Below are positions 11,016 through 24,390 of a stretch of DNA of 64,000 nucleotides, in pieces. Origin of the DNA: Camelus dromedarius (lineage: Eukaryota); NCBI RefSeq assembly GCF_036321535.1, contig NC_087447.1, positions 51,710,001 through 51,774,000 on the forward strand, in the 5' to 3' direction. Under the pieces are notes generated by a model. The model searched no databases. It had not been told where the DNA came from and saw nothing but the letters and a program-made list of their open reading frames with translations. A program made the position numbers and the translations under genes. The first letter of the stretch is position 1. Every line of letters begins with the position of its first letter.

Positions 11016-13880
11016 TTGGCATACCTGGTTTTATTGCACTTCACTTTGTTGTGTTTTTCATAAATTGAAGGTTTGTAAACCTTTGTGGAACAAATCTATC
11101 AGCCCCATTTTTCGACTGCATTGGCTATTTTTGTGTTTCTATGTCACATTTTGGTAATTCTCACAATATTTTAAACTTTTTTATTTTATTTGTTATGGAG
11201 ATTTGTGATCACTGATCTTTGATGTTACTGTTGGGGAGGGGGAAATTTCCGTCTCTACCCCTCTTGAGTTCTTGTAGCTGGACCAATAATAAAAAATAAT
11301 AAAATTGATATAAGAAGAAAAAGAAGCACATTTTAATTCATGTACATGGTGGTGCCATATAAATGGACCAAAGAAGTGACCAAACAGACAGCTCTTATAC
11401 TTTTTAGACAAAGAAGCAATAAATTTGTGAGGAATCAAAAGGACAAGGAAACTTAGGTTTTGGGTGCCCAATTATTAAAGAATTTAAACAGAGTTTGGGC
11501 TTGGGGTAGTAGATTAAAGAAGTAATAAGGTTTTCTCATATAGGTTTCTCTGCCTGAAGTCTTATCTTTGGCAATAAGGGTGTCCTTCTACCTCCAGATG
11601 CAGGGGTGCACCTTTCACATGAGAGATTTCCTGCTTTCAGGGAGACAAGAAAGAGAATCAGATTGTCCCTCTTGCATTTGCCATTTTCTAAGTAACTTGG
11701 ATTCAAAGTAATCAGTATGCCACTGAGGCATCTTTTGGGGTGGCCTACCCTACTATTATAATTGTTTTGGGACATCGTGAGCCATGACCATAGATGATGG
11801 CAAACTTAACGGATAAATGTTGTGTGTGTTCTGACTGCTCCACCGTGGAGGTTCCCCCATCTCTCTCCCAGTCCTCAGGCCTCTCTATTCCCCGAGACAC
11901 AATAATGTTAAAATTAGGCCAGTTAGTAACCCTACAATGGCCTCTAAGTGTTCAAGTGAAAAAGTTGCACATCTCTCAGTTTAAATAAAAAAACTAGAAA
12001 TGATGAAGCTTAGTGAGGAAGGCATACGGATATATGCTGAAATCTAGGCCTGTTGCACCAGTCAGCCAAGTTGTGAATACAAAAGGAAAGTTCTTGAAGG
12101 AAATTAAAAGTGCGCTTCCAGTGAACACACAAATGATGAGAAAGCAAAACAACCTTATTGCTGATATGGAGAGAGTTTTAGTGGTCTGGATAGAAGATCC
12201 AACCAGCCACAAAATCCCCTTAAGCCAAAGCCTAATCCAGAGCAATGCCGTAACTCTCTTCAATTTTATCAAGGCTGAGAGAGGTAAGGATGGTGCAGAA
12301 GAAAAGTTACAAGCTAGCAGAGGTTGGTTCTTGAGGTTTAAGGGAAGAAGCCATCTCCGTAAGATAAATGTGCTGGGTGAAGCAGCAAGTGCTGATGTAG
12401 AAGCTGCAGCAAGTTACCCAGAAGATCTAGCTGAGATAGTGAATGAAGGTGGCTATGATTTTCCAAGTGGACGAAACAGCCTTATACGGGAAGATGCCAC
12501 CATCTATGACTTTCGTAACTAGAGAGGAGAGGTCAATGCCTGGCTTCAAAGCTTCAAAGACAGGCTGACTCTCTTGTCAGGGATTAATGCAGCTGGTTAC
12601 TTTAAATGGAAGCCAGTGTTTACCATTCCTAAAATCCGACGCCCTTTAAGAATTATGCTAAATCTACTCTGCCTGTGCTCTATAAATGGAACAATAAAGC
12701 CTGGATGACAGCACATCTGTTTACAGCATAGTTTAGTGAATATTTTAAGCCCACTTTTGAGACCTACTGCTAAGAAAAGATTCTTTTCAAAGTTTTACTG
12801 ATCATTGACAATGCACCTGGTCATCTGAGCTCTGATGGAGATCTCCAACAAGACTGATGTTTTCATGTCTGCTAACACAACATCCATTCTGCAGCCCACT
12901 TTGATTAGGGAGTAATTTTGACTTTAAAGTCTTATTATTTAAGAAATACATTTCATAAGGCTATAGCTGCCACAGACAGTGATTCCTCTGATGGATCTAG
13001 GTAGAGTAAATTGAAAACCTCCTGGAAAGGATTCACCATTCTAAATGCTATTAAGAACACTCTTGATTCATAGAAAGAGGCAAAAATATCAACATTAGCA
13101 GGAGTTTGAAAGAAGCTGATTCCAAGCCTGATGGATGACTTTGAGGGGTTTAAGCTTTCAGTGGAGGAAGTAACTTCAGTTGCAGTAGAAATAGCGAGAG
13201 AACTAGAGTTGGAGGTGGTGCCTGAAGATATGATTGAATTGCCACAATCTCATGGTAAAACTTTAGCAGGTGAGGAGCTGCTACTTACGGATGAGCAAAG
13301 AAAATGGTTTCTTGAAGAGGAATCTACTCCTGGTGAAGATGCTGTGAAGATTGTTGAAATGTCAACAAAGGATTTAGAATCCCACATGAACTTAGTTGAC
13401 AAAGCAGCATCAGGGTTTAAGAAGATTGATTCCAATTTTGAAAGTTCTCCTGTGTGTCAAATGCTATTAAACAGCATTGCATGCCACAGAGAAATTGTTT
13501 GTGAATGGAAGAGTCAATTGATGCAGCAAATTTTATGGTCTTATTTTAAGAAATTGCCGCAGCCACCCCAGCCTTTAGCAATCACCACCCTGAGCGGTCA
13601 ACAGCCATCAACATTGAGGCAAGACCCTCCACCAGCAAAAAGATTATAACTCACTGAAGGCTCAGAAGATGGTTAGCATTTTTTAGCAATAAATATTTTT
13701 AATAAGGTATATACATTGTTTTTTAGATGTATTATTGCACAATTAATAGACTACAGTATAGTATAAATAAACTTTTATATGCACTGGGAAAGTAAACAAT
13801 TCATGTGACTCGCTTTATTGCAATACTTGCTTTATTGTGGTGGTCTGGAACTGAACCTGAATATTTTCAAAATATGCCTG
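11016..13880 (+). mobile_element. Tigger1 DNA transposon (pogo family), near full length, transposase disrupted
   Basis: Termini (tt)GGCATACC...TATGCCTG|TA. ORFs 12013-12522 (CENP-B-type HTH: ...[15 protein letters not shown]) and 13131-13649 are transposase fragments. The DDE region (ATTGACAATGCACCTGGTCAT = IDNAPGH, ~12803) is frameshifted. Confidence 0.93.
11229..11753 (-). mobile_element. ERV1-type solo LTR inserted in Tigger1
   Basis: Interrupts Tigger1 between GATGTTAC and TATTATAATTGTTTTGG. Its start TGTTGGGGAGGGGGAAATTTCC.TCTCTACCC is the reverse complement of the end of the LTR at 2633-3169. Confidence 0.75.
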
Positions 13881-15129
13881 TACTTCCTCAGTTGTGGCCT
13901 ATGTTCTTACCTCCAGATGGGAAATCCTGCTTCTTCACTGATTTCCAGGTAAAATCTGAAACACAGTATTTATAAATACAGAAGACTTTATTGATGAGCT
14001 GCATGTCACACAGAAAATCATTAAAGTCCTTAGGAGTCAGCCTGGCCCTCTTCAGTCCTCTTTGGCTTCTTGGCCACATAGTGTCCCCCAATTGCCCTTT
14101 CCTTGTGCAGTACCAGTCTTCCCATTTCTCTGGTCTTCCCTTAGTTTCTGAAGCAACAGACCTATTTCATAGCCTGCCTTTCTTTCTTCCTTCCTTCCTT
14201 TCTTTCTTTCTTTCTCCTTTTTTTTTTTTTTTTTTTTTTAGTTGCAGTATAGTCAGTTTACAATGTTGTGTTAGTCTCTGGTGGACAGCATAGTGATTCA
14301 GTTATACATATATTCCACAGCCTTTCTCATGCAGAGCAGCTTCAGGGCACTTTCTGTTCTTGGCCTCTTCTTCTACCCAAGAGCTTATCAAGGTGTTTTC
14401 CTAAACAAAGCCAACTCCATTCCAAAGAGGGATTCTGGGGCCAGCAGTTAGGATAATCATTTCCCACCCCTGTACCTAACTATATGTTTATGAGTGTTTC
14501 ATCCATGTGTCTGAATCAGGTCTTACACCACCTTCCTGCAGAGAGCCTTTAGTAACATTTGTAGAATAGGTGCTTTGATGATTGAGAGAATGATGGGAAA
14601 AAACTGAATCAAAGAATGAATAGGTTGATGTTAATTTGATATGATGGCTCCCATTGATCTTTGCTATGCAAAAGAAAGGGGCTAAGGGTCTAGCACTAAT
14701 TCTAGTCTCAGTTCTGCCTCTGACTTACTGTATGTCCACAGGCAGGTGACTTTTCCTTTCTGTACTCCGGCTGTAAAATGAAACGGTGGCTCCTAGTTAT
14801 TCCTCTTTGTTACACCAACCACACCTTATTCTAATCCCCAACTGGTATCTGAAGCTTCACTGTGGGGACCTGGCTGGCCTGCTGGGTAGCTTATTATTAA
14901 AAACCCACCTGGCCTGGCTAAGAAGTGCTTTCAAAGCAGAAGGCCCACCTGGAATTGTTTTAGTCCTTATTCTTATTCAGCAACACCAGATGTTACCACC
15001 TGCACATTCCTCATCCTCCTCTAATGCCTTAGTTAAGCTGGATGTTGAATGAACTCCCTTTCATCCTTCCCTAGCTTTGTGTATTAAATCCCATCAGTCT
15101 TTTCCAAAGCTGAGCCCTCAAGCAGAAGG

Positions 15130-15131
<2 letters not shown>

Positions 15132-15175
<44 letters not shown>
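15132..15175 (+). repeat. (TG)n microsatellite
   Basis: Uninterrupted TG run seen directly. Confidence 0.95.
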
Positions 15176-15176
<1 letters not shown>

Positions 15177-15542
15177 ACTTCCTTAACTAGGTTTATTTTC
15201 TTTGGAATTTCCTGAAACTTCCTGTAGGATTTCTGAAGGCGGTAGGGACCCCATGTGGTATTTTTGGCAAGGTTTCGGTTTTAGCTGCTTTTTCACTGGG
15301 GTCTTACAACTTGAGCTACCCATCATGAATCCTTAGAGCCAAGAATTTGCCAGAACTGACCGATCAGTTTTCATCATTCCTCGCTCACTGATATCACTAA
15401 GCCAGCAACTAATATTTTAATTCTCGTGTCAAAGGTTATCCCAGTTCTTCCTTTCATGTGATCTATTTTGTTAGTGATGCCAGGACTCCCATTTCAGTAA
15501 TCTTTGCTCATAGAGGCTCTGGGATAACTTAAAACAGATATA

Positions 15543-16497
15543 TGAGTGAAAAATATTGCCTGCCACATCAGTAAACAAAGGAATGCTGTGGCCATCAAAT
15601 CAACAGCCACTGCCACTACCCCCGACAGTGAGTAGAGGGAACTCAGCGTGGAGACAAGCTGGCAACCTGGCCTCTGCAGCCACCACCAGTGGTGCCCCCT
15701 GAGGGAACTCAGGATGGGAAAGGACAGGAGACTGGCCCTAGATAGCTAAGGTGCACATCAAAAGAATGATTTCAATGAACCCAGACTTTTGCACCTTCCC
15801 ATACATAGAAAAGCGCTATATTCTTTAACTCGAGATATCTGGCTTTCTTTAATTAATAGTAATTTTTTAGTGTTCCAACTACCTGGTCTTTGTTGTAGAA
15901 ACTCCTGTATATCCTGACTCCTCCTTTGCCTCTCTGGAGCAGTCTCTTAGAGAAATCTGAGTCCTCATGTTACGGAAATGACAGGCCAGTCAAGAAACAA
16001 GCACCACTCGGAGGGTTGGAGTACTCAGATGTATTACCCAGCGGGCTCAGAGGGGATTCTGCTCCGAAGCTCTGAACACCTCCAAGAGGTGCGCATGAGG
16101 TTTTATAGGGTAAAGTACAAGCTTGGGGTATTCAGCCAATAGGCATGGAACAGCTTTAGCAGCATTATCATCACACAAGTGGAGGCAGGGAGGCAACAAA
16201 CCAACATTCCAAAGCCAGATATGTATCTTTGAAAACCCAGCTGGCTAGCAAAAAACATGAACAGCAAACCAACACTAATTAACCTAGATTTACAAGTTAG
16301 TCTAGCAGAACTCAGATCAGTATTTCAATACTTAGATTTGTGAGTTATCTTGTTAGACCAGCCCAGCCTCTCCTTCACATTCCTAGACTTGTGAGTTATC
16401 TTGTTAGACCAGCCCGGTTTTTCCTTCACACTCAGAAAGTCAGCAAAATAAAACGTAACTCTCAACTTTTAGATTGTGCGTTTTTTTAGTCGACACA
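15543..16497 (+). mobile_element. ERV solo LTR interrupted by a younger LTR
   Basis: TG start, AATAAA at ~16447, end ...TTTTTAGTCGACA(CA), flanked by TATA on both sides. Confidence 0.7.
15968..16430 (-). mobile_element. Young ERV solo LTR nested in the LTR above
   Basis: TG...CA termini and perfect TSD CTCA (15964-15967, 16431-16434). Reverse TATA box TTTTATAGGG at ~16101. Confidence 0.8.
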
Positions 16498-17269
16498 TAT
16501 AACCTACAGAATCTTAGAAGATTTGATTGGTGCCCAGCTCCTTGTGAACTAGGATATGAATAATAATTATTATTCAATTATTAGCACACTTATCTCTGTG
16601 TCAAACATTGAGCTACATATGCTACACAGGGCATCTTGTTTATGTAAACATTATGAGCAGGCAGCACCGGACAGGTTAAGGAATCCATGGCTGGTGAGTG
16701 ATGGCGCTGGGATTCAAACCAGTCCATCAGATACCAGCATCTGCATTACTAACCACGATACTACTTCTTTCTCCTAGCTCCTAATTTGTTATGCTGAGGA
16801 AGGATTATATAGGGAAGAGAAAAAAAATTCTCTTTCCCTCTCTAGCCTCTAGACATTTGCCATTGACTTGGAAGTATTTGCCATGGGGTCTCTTCTTGTC
16901 TTCATGAGTGTCCTGTACTTTGTAGTTCTCTGACCATAAGCACAGAGGTGTTCAGACTTCTTGAGTATCTTGATGTTTGAATCCTTCCCCTTACTCACAT
17001 CAGAAGATCATACCAATGTCAACATTATATAGACTCTGGATATCAACCAGGAGAAAGATGAAATCAAACTATTCTAAGAGCAAAAGAACTGCTGATTATC
17101 ACCAGGTGACCCTATTTCATTGAAAGATAATGTTAATGACATATTTATGAAAAATAGCATTGTTTAATCTTGGAGCAGAATGGAGGAAAACATTTGACTC
17201 CAAACCCCAGCCACCAAATGCAAAAGTCCAAACTAGCCTCCCAGTTCTGTTCAAAGCCTTAAAACATTT

Positions 17270-20200
17270 GTCATCCTAGCCCTAGTTTCTCCCAAAAGTA
17301 TAGCCTGAGACAAATGTTGGTAAATGAGTTATTTAATTTGATATGGTGATCCCAGGAAGCAGGAAGAAGGGAAAAAGAGAATGAAATAGGGAGAGCAAAT
17401 ACAAGTATAAGATATTGAGTTGACTTCCATCAAGAGAAACTTGTGGCTCAACACATGAGACCTTCTGAGAAGTTGTATGAAATGCTTTTAAGGATTGTCT
17501 TGTTCGGGGGGGAAAAAAGGAGGAAATGCTTATCCATCAGCTTCTATCTCCCATTGGTCAAGAATGGCCCTAGGGAACATTTAGGTTTCATGTAAATGAG
17601 TAAGTGGACTCCCACAGGCATCCCTTGTGGCAACTCAAAGAGGCTGGGAGGCTGGAAATGAGAGGCTGAGGCCTGCCTAGCACTGGGAGGTTGCCTCTGC
17701 ATGAAGCTGAACACTGGGCACCCTGGCTGAAACAAGAGGTGAAACTGATAGGACTTGAAGTGGAACACAGGAGGTCTGATATAGCTCCCCTCTTGCACCA
17801 TTCAGGCCCACTTTTGCCTTCCTCTAAGTCCCACTGGTCATAAAGCCCTCTTCGGTGTGGCTACTGGCTATAGTCTCTGCAAACACTTAATAATCCAAGA
17901 GGATTAGTAAAACAAATGACAATTCCTGCTGCTGCAATTGACCCCAAGCTGTAATTGATATTCATCATTTCCTTCCTCTATCACCCAATCTAAATTTTCC
18001 TTATCTCAGCCAGCATTTTGACTGGTCAACATTTCTTGTTTGGTGGGGAATACTATGACCTTCGTCTCTGAAGCCCTTATAGTTGCCTTACCCTTGACAG
18101 AACATAGTTACTATAATTGCCTGTTCATCATTACCACTGTGTTTGTTAAGTGCCTGAGCTGGCACTTAACTGAGCTTTACTAGAACATTCCACCTTTCTG
18201 GTAATAATCCTTCTGAGTGATGAGGTATAGGATTAGTGGATCAGTGCCCCCTTTCCTGAAAGTAGATACCTTGTTCTGAGTCAGTGTTGTGTGGGTGCAG
18301 GAACCTTGGAAGTTCTCAGATGGTGGTTCTGGTGTAGGCACTGTGGGCAGGGAAGGCAAAATCATATCCAGGATAGGCACCATTTCACTGCTCCCTCTGA
18401 GCCTGAAGGGGTTCAATGTAATTAGCCTGTCACCACCAGGCTAACTGGTTTCCTTGAAGACTGAAACTCAGCATTGGTCTCTGCTACTGGCTTTTTTAGG
18501 CATTAGCAAAGGCAGTAACTAGATCAGCTTTGATCAGGGGGAACCCATCCTGTTGAGCCCATGTATAGCCTCCATCTTTGTCATTGTAGCCACTCAACTC
18601 CTGGGCCCACTGTGCTCACATTGGGGTTGCTGAGGAGAGGGGCCGACTGACATCCTCAGGATGAATCATCCTCTCTCCTGGTTGTTGAAAGCCTTCCCTG
18701 TGGTGCATGAACTTCTCTTGTGAGCATTAACTTGGGATACAAAGACCTATATTCCAACTCCCACACATCTCCTGTGTCTCTTTCCCAGATTTTCTTAGTT
18801 CAGTCTTGAACTAGTGTTTCTTTCAAGTCTCTAACCACTCGCTTCAAGCCAATCACTATTGCTCAGGAGACCACGAAGAACTGTACCTCAGGCCACTTTT
18901 CTTTGCTCACCAAGTAATCAGCGAAGTACTGACTGTAGCTTTGTCCATTGGGAGGATTTCCCTTAACCACCATCCTTTATAGCCACCCCTGAGTCATGAA
19001 GCAGCTATCCATTTTTGACTAGTACCAACCCATCTCTCCAGTAGGGTTGAGTTTTTCCCTTCTCTGTCAGTTGGTTATATGAGCCCATCCTCTCTCCACA
19101 AAAAGGCCATAGGTGGACTTGAGGAAGAGGTGTCAGTGCAACAGAAATAGGTGACATGGGAGTCAGGGCATATTGTAATTGTGCTTTCTGGACCTGCTTG
19201 GGCCCAATACCAAATGTACCATTTCCATCCTGCAGTGGATTGCCTTTCTGATCCACATGGCTTGATGGCTCTGATAATACTCACCCATGATAGACAGTTC
19301 CAGCTGTATAGCAACCTGTGTATTATTTTCGTATGGCTGCTGTAGTTAATTACCACAAACTTAAAGATATGGCTTAAAACAATGGAAGTTTATTGTCTAA
19401 CAGTTCCAGAGGCCAGAAGTGCAGAATCAGTATCACTGGGCTGAAATCAAGGTATTAGCAGGGCTATATTCCTTCTGGAGGCTCGAGGGGAGAATTTGTT
19501 CCCTGCCTCTTCCAGTGTTTATGGTGCCTGCCAGCATTCCTTGGCCTGTGGATGTATTACCTGAATCTCTGCCTTCATGGTCAGTGCCTTATCCTCTTCT
19601 TTGGTATCAAATTTCCCTCTACTTCTCTCTCATATAGATACATGTGATTGCATTTAAAGCCTACTTGAATAATCAAGAATATTTCCCCATCTCAAGATTC
19701 ATGACTTAGTCTCACACTCAGACTCCGTTTTGCTGTGTAAAGTAGCATTCACTGGTTCCTGAGAGTAAGACATGGATATCTTTTGGAAGAGCACTATTCA
19801 GCCCACCACACCTGGTATCCCAAGGTCAAGCAATTACTAGGACCCTTAGCACGTAGGATCTGGTTTTCAAATGATGAGTTGTTCTCTGCCATAGAAGACA
19901 TGATCTTGCTCCAGAAGTCTAAGCCTGCAACTCTCCTTGTAGAGTTTTCCAGAGATGCTATATAGCATCCTTATGCCCCACAGATCTTCTGGGTCTTATG
20001 CCTGAGTGTTAAGGTAACTTGAACTGCAGACTGAACTTGCTGCAGAACTTTCCCTTGCTCTGAGCAAAAAATAGAACTAGCAGCCTTCCAAGTCATCAGG
20101 TGAATGGACCAGAGCAACATTTGTAGTCTAGCAGATGCCAACTCCAAAATCCACCAAGCACTGTGGTTCTTCCTCGGTGATAGGAATGCTAGTGCAAAAA

Positions 20201-20700
20201 TTTGTCCTTTACCTTAGATAGAATGTTCTGCATACTCTAGCTCATTGAACTGCTTAAGACTTCTCTAATATGGCAAGCCCTTGAATCTTCGTGGAGTTTA
20301 TCTCTCATCCTCTGGAACACTTATATCTTATTGGGGCATCTAAAGTACTTTTCTTTTCCTCCTCATCAGGACCACTAGCATGATGCCATCATCCTAGTGA
20401 ACCATTGTTGACATTCTTTGCAATGAGAAGATGACCAAGGGATCTGTAGACCACTCTGTGACAGAGCGAGAGAGTTGTCATAGACTTGGGGCAATATGGT
20501 GAATGTAGACTAGTATCCTTTCCAGATAAAGATTAACTGCTTTTGATTCTCTTTACCAATGGGAATTGAGAACATGTTTGTCGGATCAGTAGTCACATTT
20601 CAAGTGCCAGAGGCTATGGTACAGTGAAGATACCACATTCAGCATGGCAGCTACAGTTAAGGTTATAAGTTGGTTAAATTTGAGTCTAAGGTTTCTCTGC
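17270..20700 (-). mobile_element. Decayed ERVL-class provirus (LTR16/HERV16-like): 3' LTR ~17270-17782 plus pol remnants
   Basis: Polypurine tract AAGAGGGGAG (17794-17785) next to the LTR. Remnants include WKWYIWYWAQAGPE and YNQLTEKGKTQ (ERVL RT-tether/RNase H), and MVH*DDGIMLV (degenerate YIDD RT motif, 20405-20371). Confidence 0.8.
19319..19810 (-). mobile_element. MLT1 solo LTR inserted into the ERVL pol remnant
   Basis: TGTATTATTTTCGTATGGCTGCTGTAG...CTATTCAGCCCACCACA, flanked by CCTG on both sides. Confidence 0.8.
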
Positions 20701-21224
20701 CAAAATGTCCACATCTCAGGTATTGGGATTCCGTCCTTTTCCTGTTAGGACCTTGGTATTGACACAGGAGGCTCCTGAGGCTGTGCACTTAGTCTCTTTT
20801 GCAGCTCTACCACCAGTGCCATACTGAAAAGAGCTCTCAAAAAATAAAACATGGAGCCCAGTTTTTTAAAATCTCCTTTATTACTTTCTGATTATAAAAA
20901 TACTATGTGCTCACTGTAGGAAATTTGTATAGAAAAAAATAAAGACTTGGGAAAAATTATCACCCATAATTCTACTACTCAGAGGCAACTGGTGTATTTC
21001 CTTCTAATCTTTTTTCTGTGCATATTTTAATCTAGTTGAGCTCATTTATATATTTGCAATTTTACCTGTTCACTTAAAATAGTCACTTAATGTGAGAAAA
21101 ATTTTCCTGCTATTAAAATCCTAATTTTTAGTAGCTGAATTTGACTATAAAGTGAATATAGCAAATTACTGAACTGTTCTACTATTGGGTATTTAAGTTG
21201 TTGCCAAATTTTTGCTGTAAGGAC

Positions 21225-22330
21225 ATGAGCATGGCTTTTGGAGACAGATATATTTAAGTTCTAGTCTTGATTCTGCCTTCTAGCTGTGTAATCCTGGGTA
21301 AATTACATAATTTCAAATTTATCGTCTGAAAATGGGGATGACAGTTCCTATCTCATAAGGTTTCTGTGAGGATTAAATGAGATGTGTAAATACCAAAAGC
21401 AACTCCTGGCACATAGCAGATGCTTGGTAAATAATACTGTGATGGGACATTTTTCTGCAGAAATCTCGGTCGCCATTTTGGATGATTTTCCTGAATCCTG
21501 AATTTTTTGACTCCCTCCAAATTAACCTCCATGGTATAGCACAGTGATCAAAAGCAAAAACTTAGGAATCAGATTGTGGGGTTTCAAATCTTGGTTTTAC
21601 CAGTCACAAGCTGTTGAACTTGGGGCAAGTGGTTTAACTTGTGACTCAAATTCTTTATGTATAAAATGAGGAAAATTATAGTATGTATCTCACAGTATTA
21701 TCTTGAGATTTGAGTTACCAAGTGGAAAACACCTAGGATTGCCTGGCCTGGCTTACCTCTAAGCACTATGCAACTGTTAATTGTTATTATTATTATTATT
21801 ATTAGTTGGTCAACCCCATCACTCAGAATTTCTCACTAGCTGACTTTTTTTCCTCAGAATCCCCATCTGTTGCTCTGTGACTTAGCTCCCTACTCACTCT
21901 CCTCTCTTCTCCCTCTACCAAAATCTAATTTGTGTTTTATACTCTCTCTAGCTTTTTCCTTCCAAACCATACCCGAGGGGCTCAACTTTTCTGGAAAATG
22001 TAATAATAGAAACATTTACCTAGCACTTACTCTGTGTCAGGCACTGTGCTAAACGCTTTATATGGATTAACTAACTCACTTAATTCTCACAATAGTCCTT
22101 TGAGGTAGCTGTGAATATTATGCCTGCTTTATAGATAGGGGACATTACAGTTTTCAAAAGGTGTGACAACTTACCTAAGGTCATACTCTAGGAATTGGTA
22201 GAGTCTGGAATTGAACTCAGGTCTGTGGGATTCCATATCCTATGCCCTAACCATTGGAGGGCAGTATTGCATGATGGTTAAGATTGTACCCTCCAGTGCC
22301 AGACTGTGTTCAAATTGTGGATTCATTGCT
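21225..22330. mobile_element. Cluster of MIR SINE fragments (many other MIR/L2 pieces across the window are not listed)
   Basis: MIR core motifs CTGTAAAATGGGGAT-like and GTGAGGATTAAATGAGA in both orientations. Confidence 0.7.
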
Positions 22331-23029
22331 GTTACTTACTACCGTCATGCCCAGCTAAATGGCTCCTGAATTTTGCCATTCCATTTGAGATAGAAGCATG
22401 TGTGATCCAGCTGTGTTTTTAAATAGTGTTTCTTCCAATACCCAACATAGAACCTGCCACAGAACAGATCCCTCATATAAACATTTGCTCAAACAAATAC
22501 AAATACACAAGGCACTGTGTGGGTTATGGAGGTGATTGATTTATTATCTTTGCCCTCAAGGAGCTCACGGTAGGAGAAACTAGTCAGATATTTACTAAAT
22601 CACCGTAGTATCAGGAGGAATGTGCTAAATACTTCTGTATAGAAACAAATATATCTCCATAAAAACAAAGGAGAGAGAGAGACCAATTCAGTTGGGGCAT
22701 CCACTAAGGTTTTCTGGAGAAGTTATTTTTTGAGATGTTTTAAGAAAAGGTAACCTTTTCCAGGATGGAGGATAGGAAAGAACGGCATTCTGTGTAGAGA
22801 GAATAGTAGGTAAAGGGCATAGAAGAAAGAGAGTTAGGGGTTTGTTCAAGGAATAACAAGTGTCTGGGTAAAACTAGAGTACATATTCTAAGGGCTAGGA
22901 AGAAGAATAGGGTAGGGGCCAGGTGAGTCTGACCTTGGATATGGTCAGATGTCCAGGGATATTTAGAAGTGGATATTTTGAACTGCTTAGCATTCATTCA
23001 CCTACTTCTAGTAATAACCCCTGATTTTC

Positions 23030-23423
23030 TTTTTTAAAAATTCTTTTCCAATGTGGTTTGTTAGAGGATATTGAATATAGTTCCCTGTGCTATACAGTAG
23101 GACCTTGTTTTTTATCTATTATATATATAGTAGTTTGTATCTGCTAATCACAAAGTTCTAATTTATCATTCCCCCACCCCTTTCCCCTTTGGTAACCGTA
23201 AGTCTGTTTTCTATGCCTGGTAGTCTGTTTCTTTTTCATAAATAAGTTCATTTGTGTCATATTTTAGATTCCACATATAAATGATAATCATGTGGTTATT
23301 TGTCTTTCTCTTTCTGACTTACTTCACTTGGTATAATAATCTCTAGGTCCATCCGTGTTGCTGCAAATGGCATTATTTCACTCTTTTTTATGTCTCAGTA
23401 GTTTTTCATTTATATATGCATGT

Positions 23424-23477
<54 letters not shown>

Positions 23478-23692
23478 CACATCTTCTTTATCCAGTCATC
23501 TGTCAATGGACATTTAGGTTGTTTCCATGTCTTGGCTATTGTAAACAGTGCATGCTATGAACATTGGGGTGCATGTATCTTTTTGAACTATAGTTTTCTC
23601 CAGATATATGCCCAGGAGTGGGATTGCTGGATCATATGGTAACTCTAATTTTAATTTTTAAGGAACCTCCATACTGTTTTCTATAGTGGCTG
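23030..23692 (-). mobile_element. L1 3' fragment with an internal (CA)n microsatellite at ~23426-23474
   Basis: L1 ORF2 C-terminal and 3'UTR hallmarks (GGACATTTAGGTTGTTTCCATGTCTTGGCTATTGTAAA; TTCCCTGTGCTATACAGTAGG). Confidence 0.85.
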
Positions 23693-24390
23693 ACCCCTGA
23701 TTTTCACTCATTTCACCTTATTCTCAGTCTGTGTTGATTAGGCAGGATGAGCCCCCGTCCCTACACACACAATTCAGACCCAGATGAACCGATGCTGGGC
23801 ACATCACTGCTAACAGTGACACATGTCCACATCAGGTCAATCAGAGCCCCCAAAGCTCAATTTTTCTAATAACTTATACTTAAGATATGGGAGAAATGAG
23901 TTCTCTTCTCCCCTAAGGCTGAACCTAGGAGTGTGCAGGCTGGAGATACAGCAGCCATCTAGCCACCATGAAGGGACAGCATGACCAAGAAAGGGATTAC
24001 AAACTAAAGAAAAGAAAACCAACTCGAAGGTGGAGAGAGAGAAACTATTCCTGGTGAAACCAGAATTTCCTCTTAATTTCTCTAGTATGTGAGGCATAAA
24101 TCCACCCCCCCGCCCCCTTAATTTTTCTTAAGCCAATTTGAGTTGCATCTTCTGTTACTTGCAACCAAAAGAGATTTGACAAACATAGTCAAATCTAGGA
24201 ATTTGACTATGGAATTTTTATCTTATCCTGTAGATGATGGATTCAATGAGAAGATTTATGTAGGCTGTGACATGAATCCACTTGTGTTTTGTCAAGCTCA
24301 TTCTGACTTCTGGTGGGGAGACTCTGAAGCCAGATGGACCTGGATTTGAACCCTCTCTGTGTCAGTTATTAGTCCTGTGATCTCAGGAAG

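Noticed and set aside
12013..13649. Domesticated TIGD1-like gene
   Set aside because: The transposase is broken by several stops and frameshifts and retains transposon termini.
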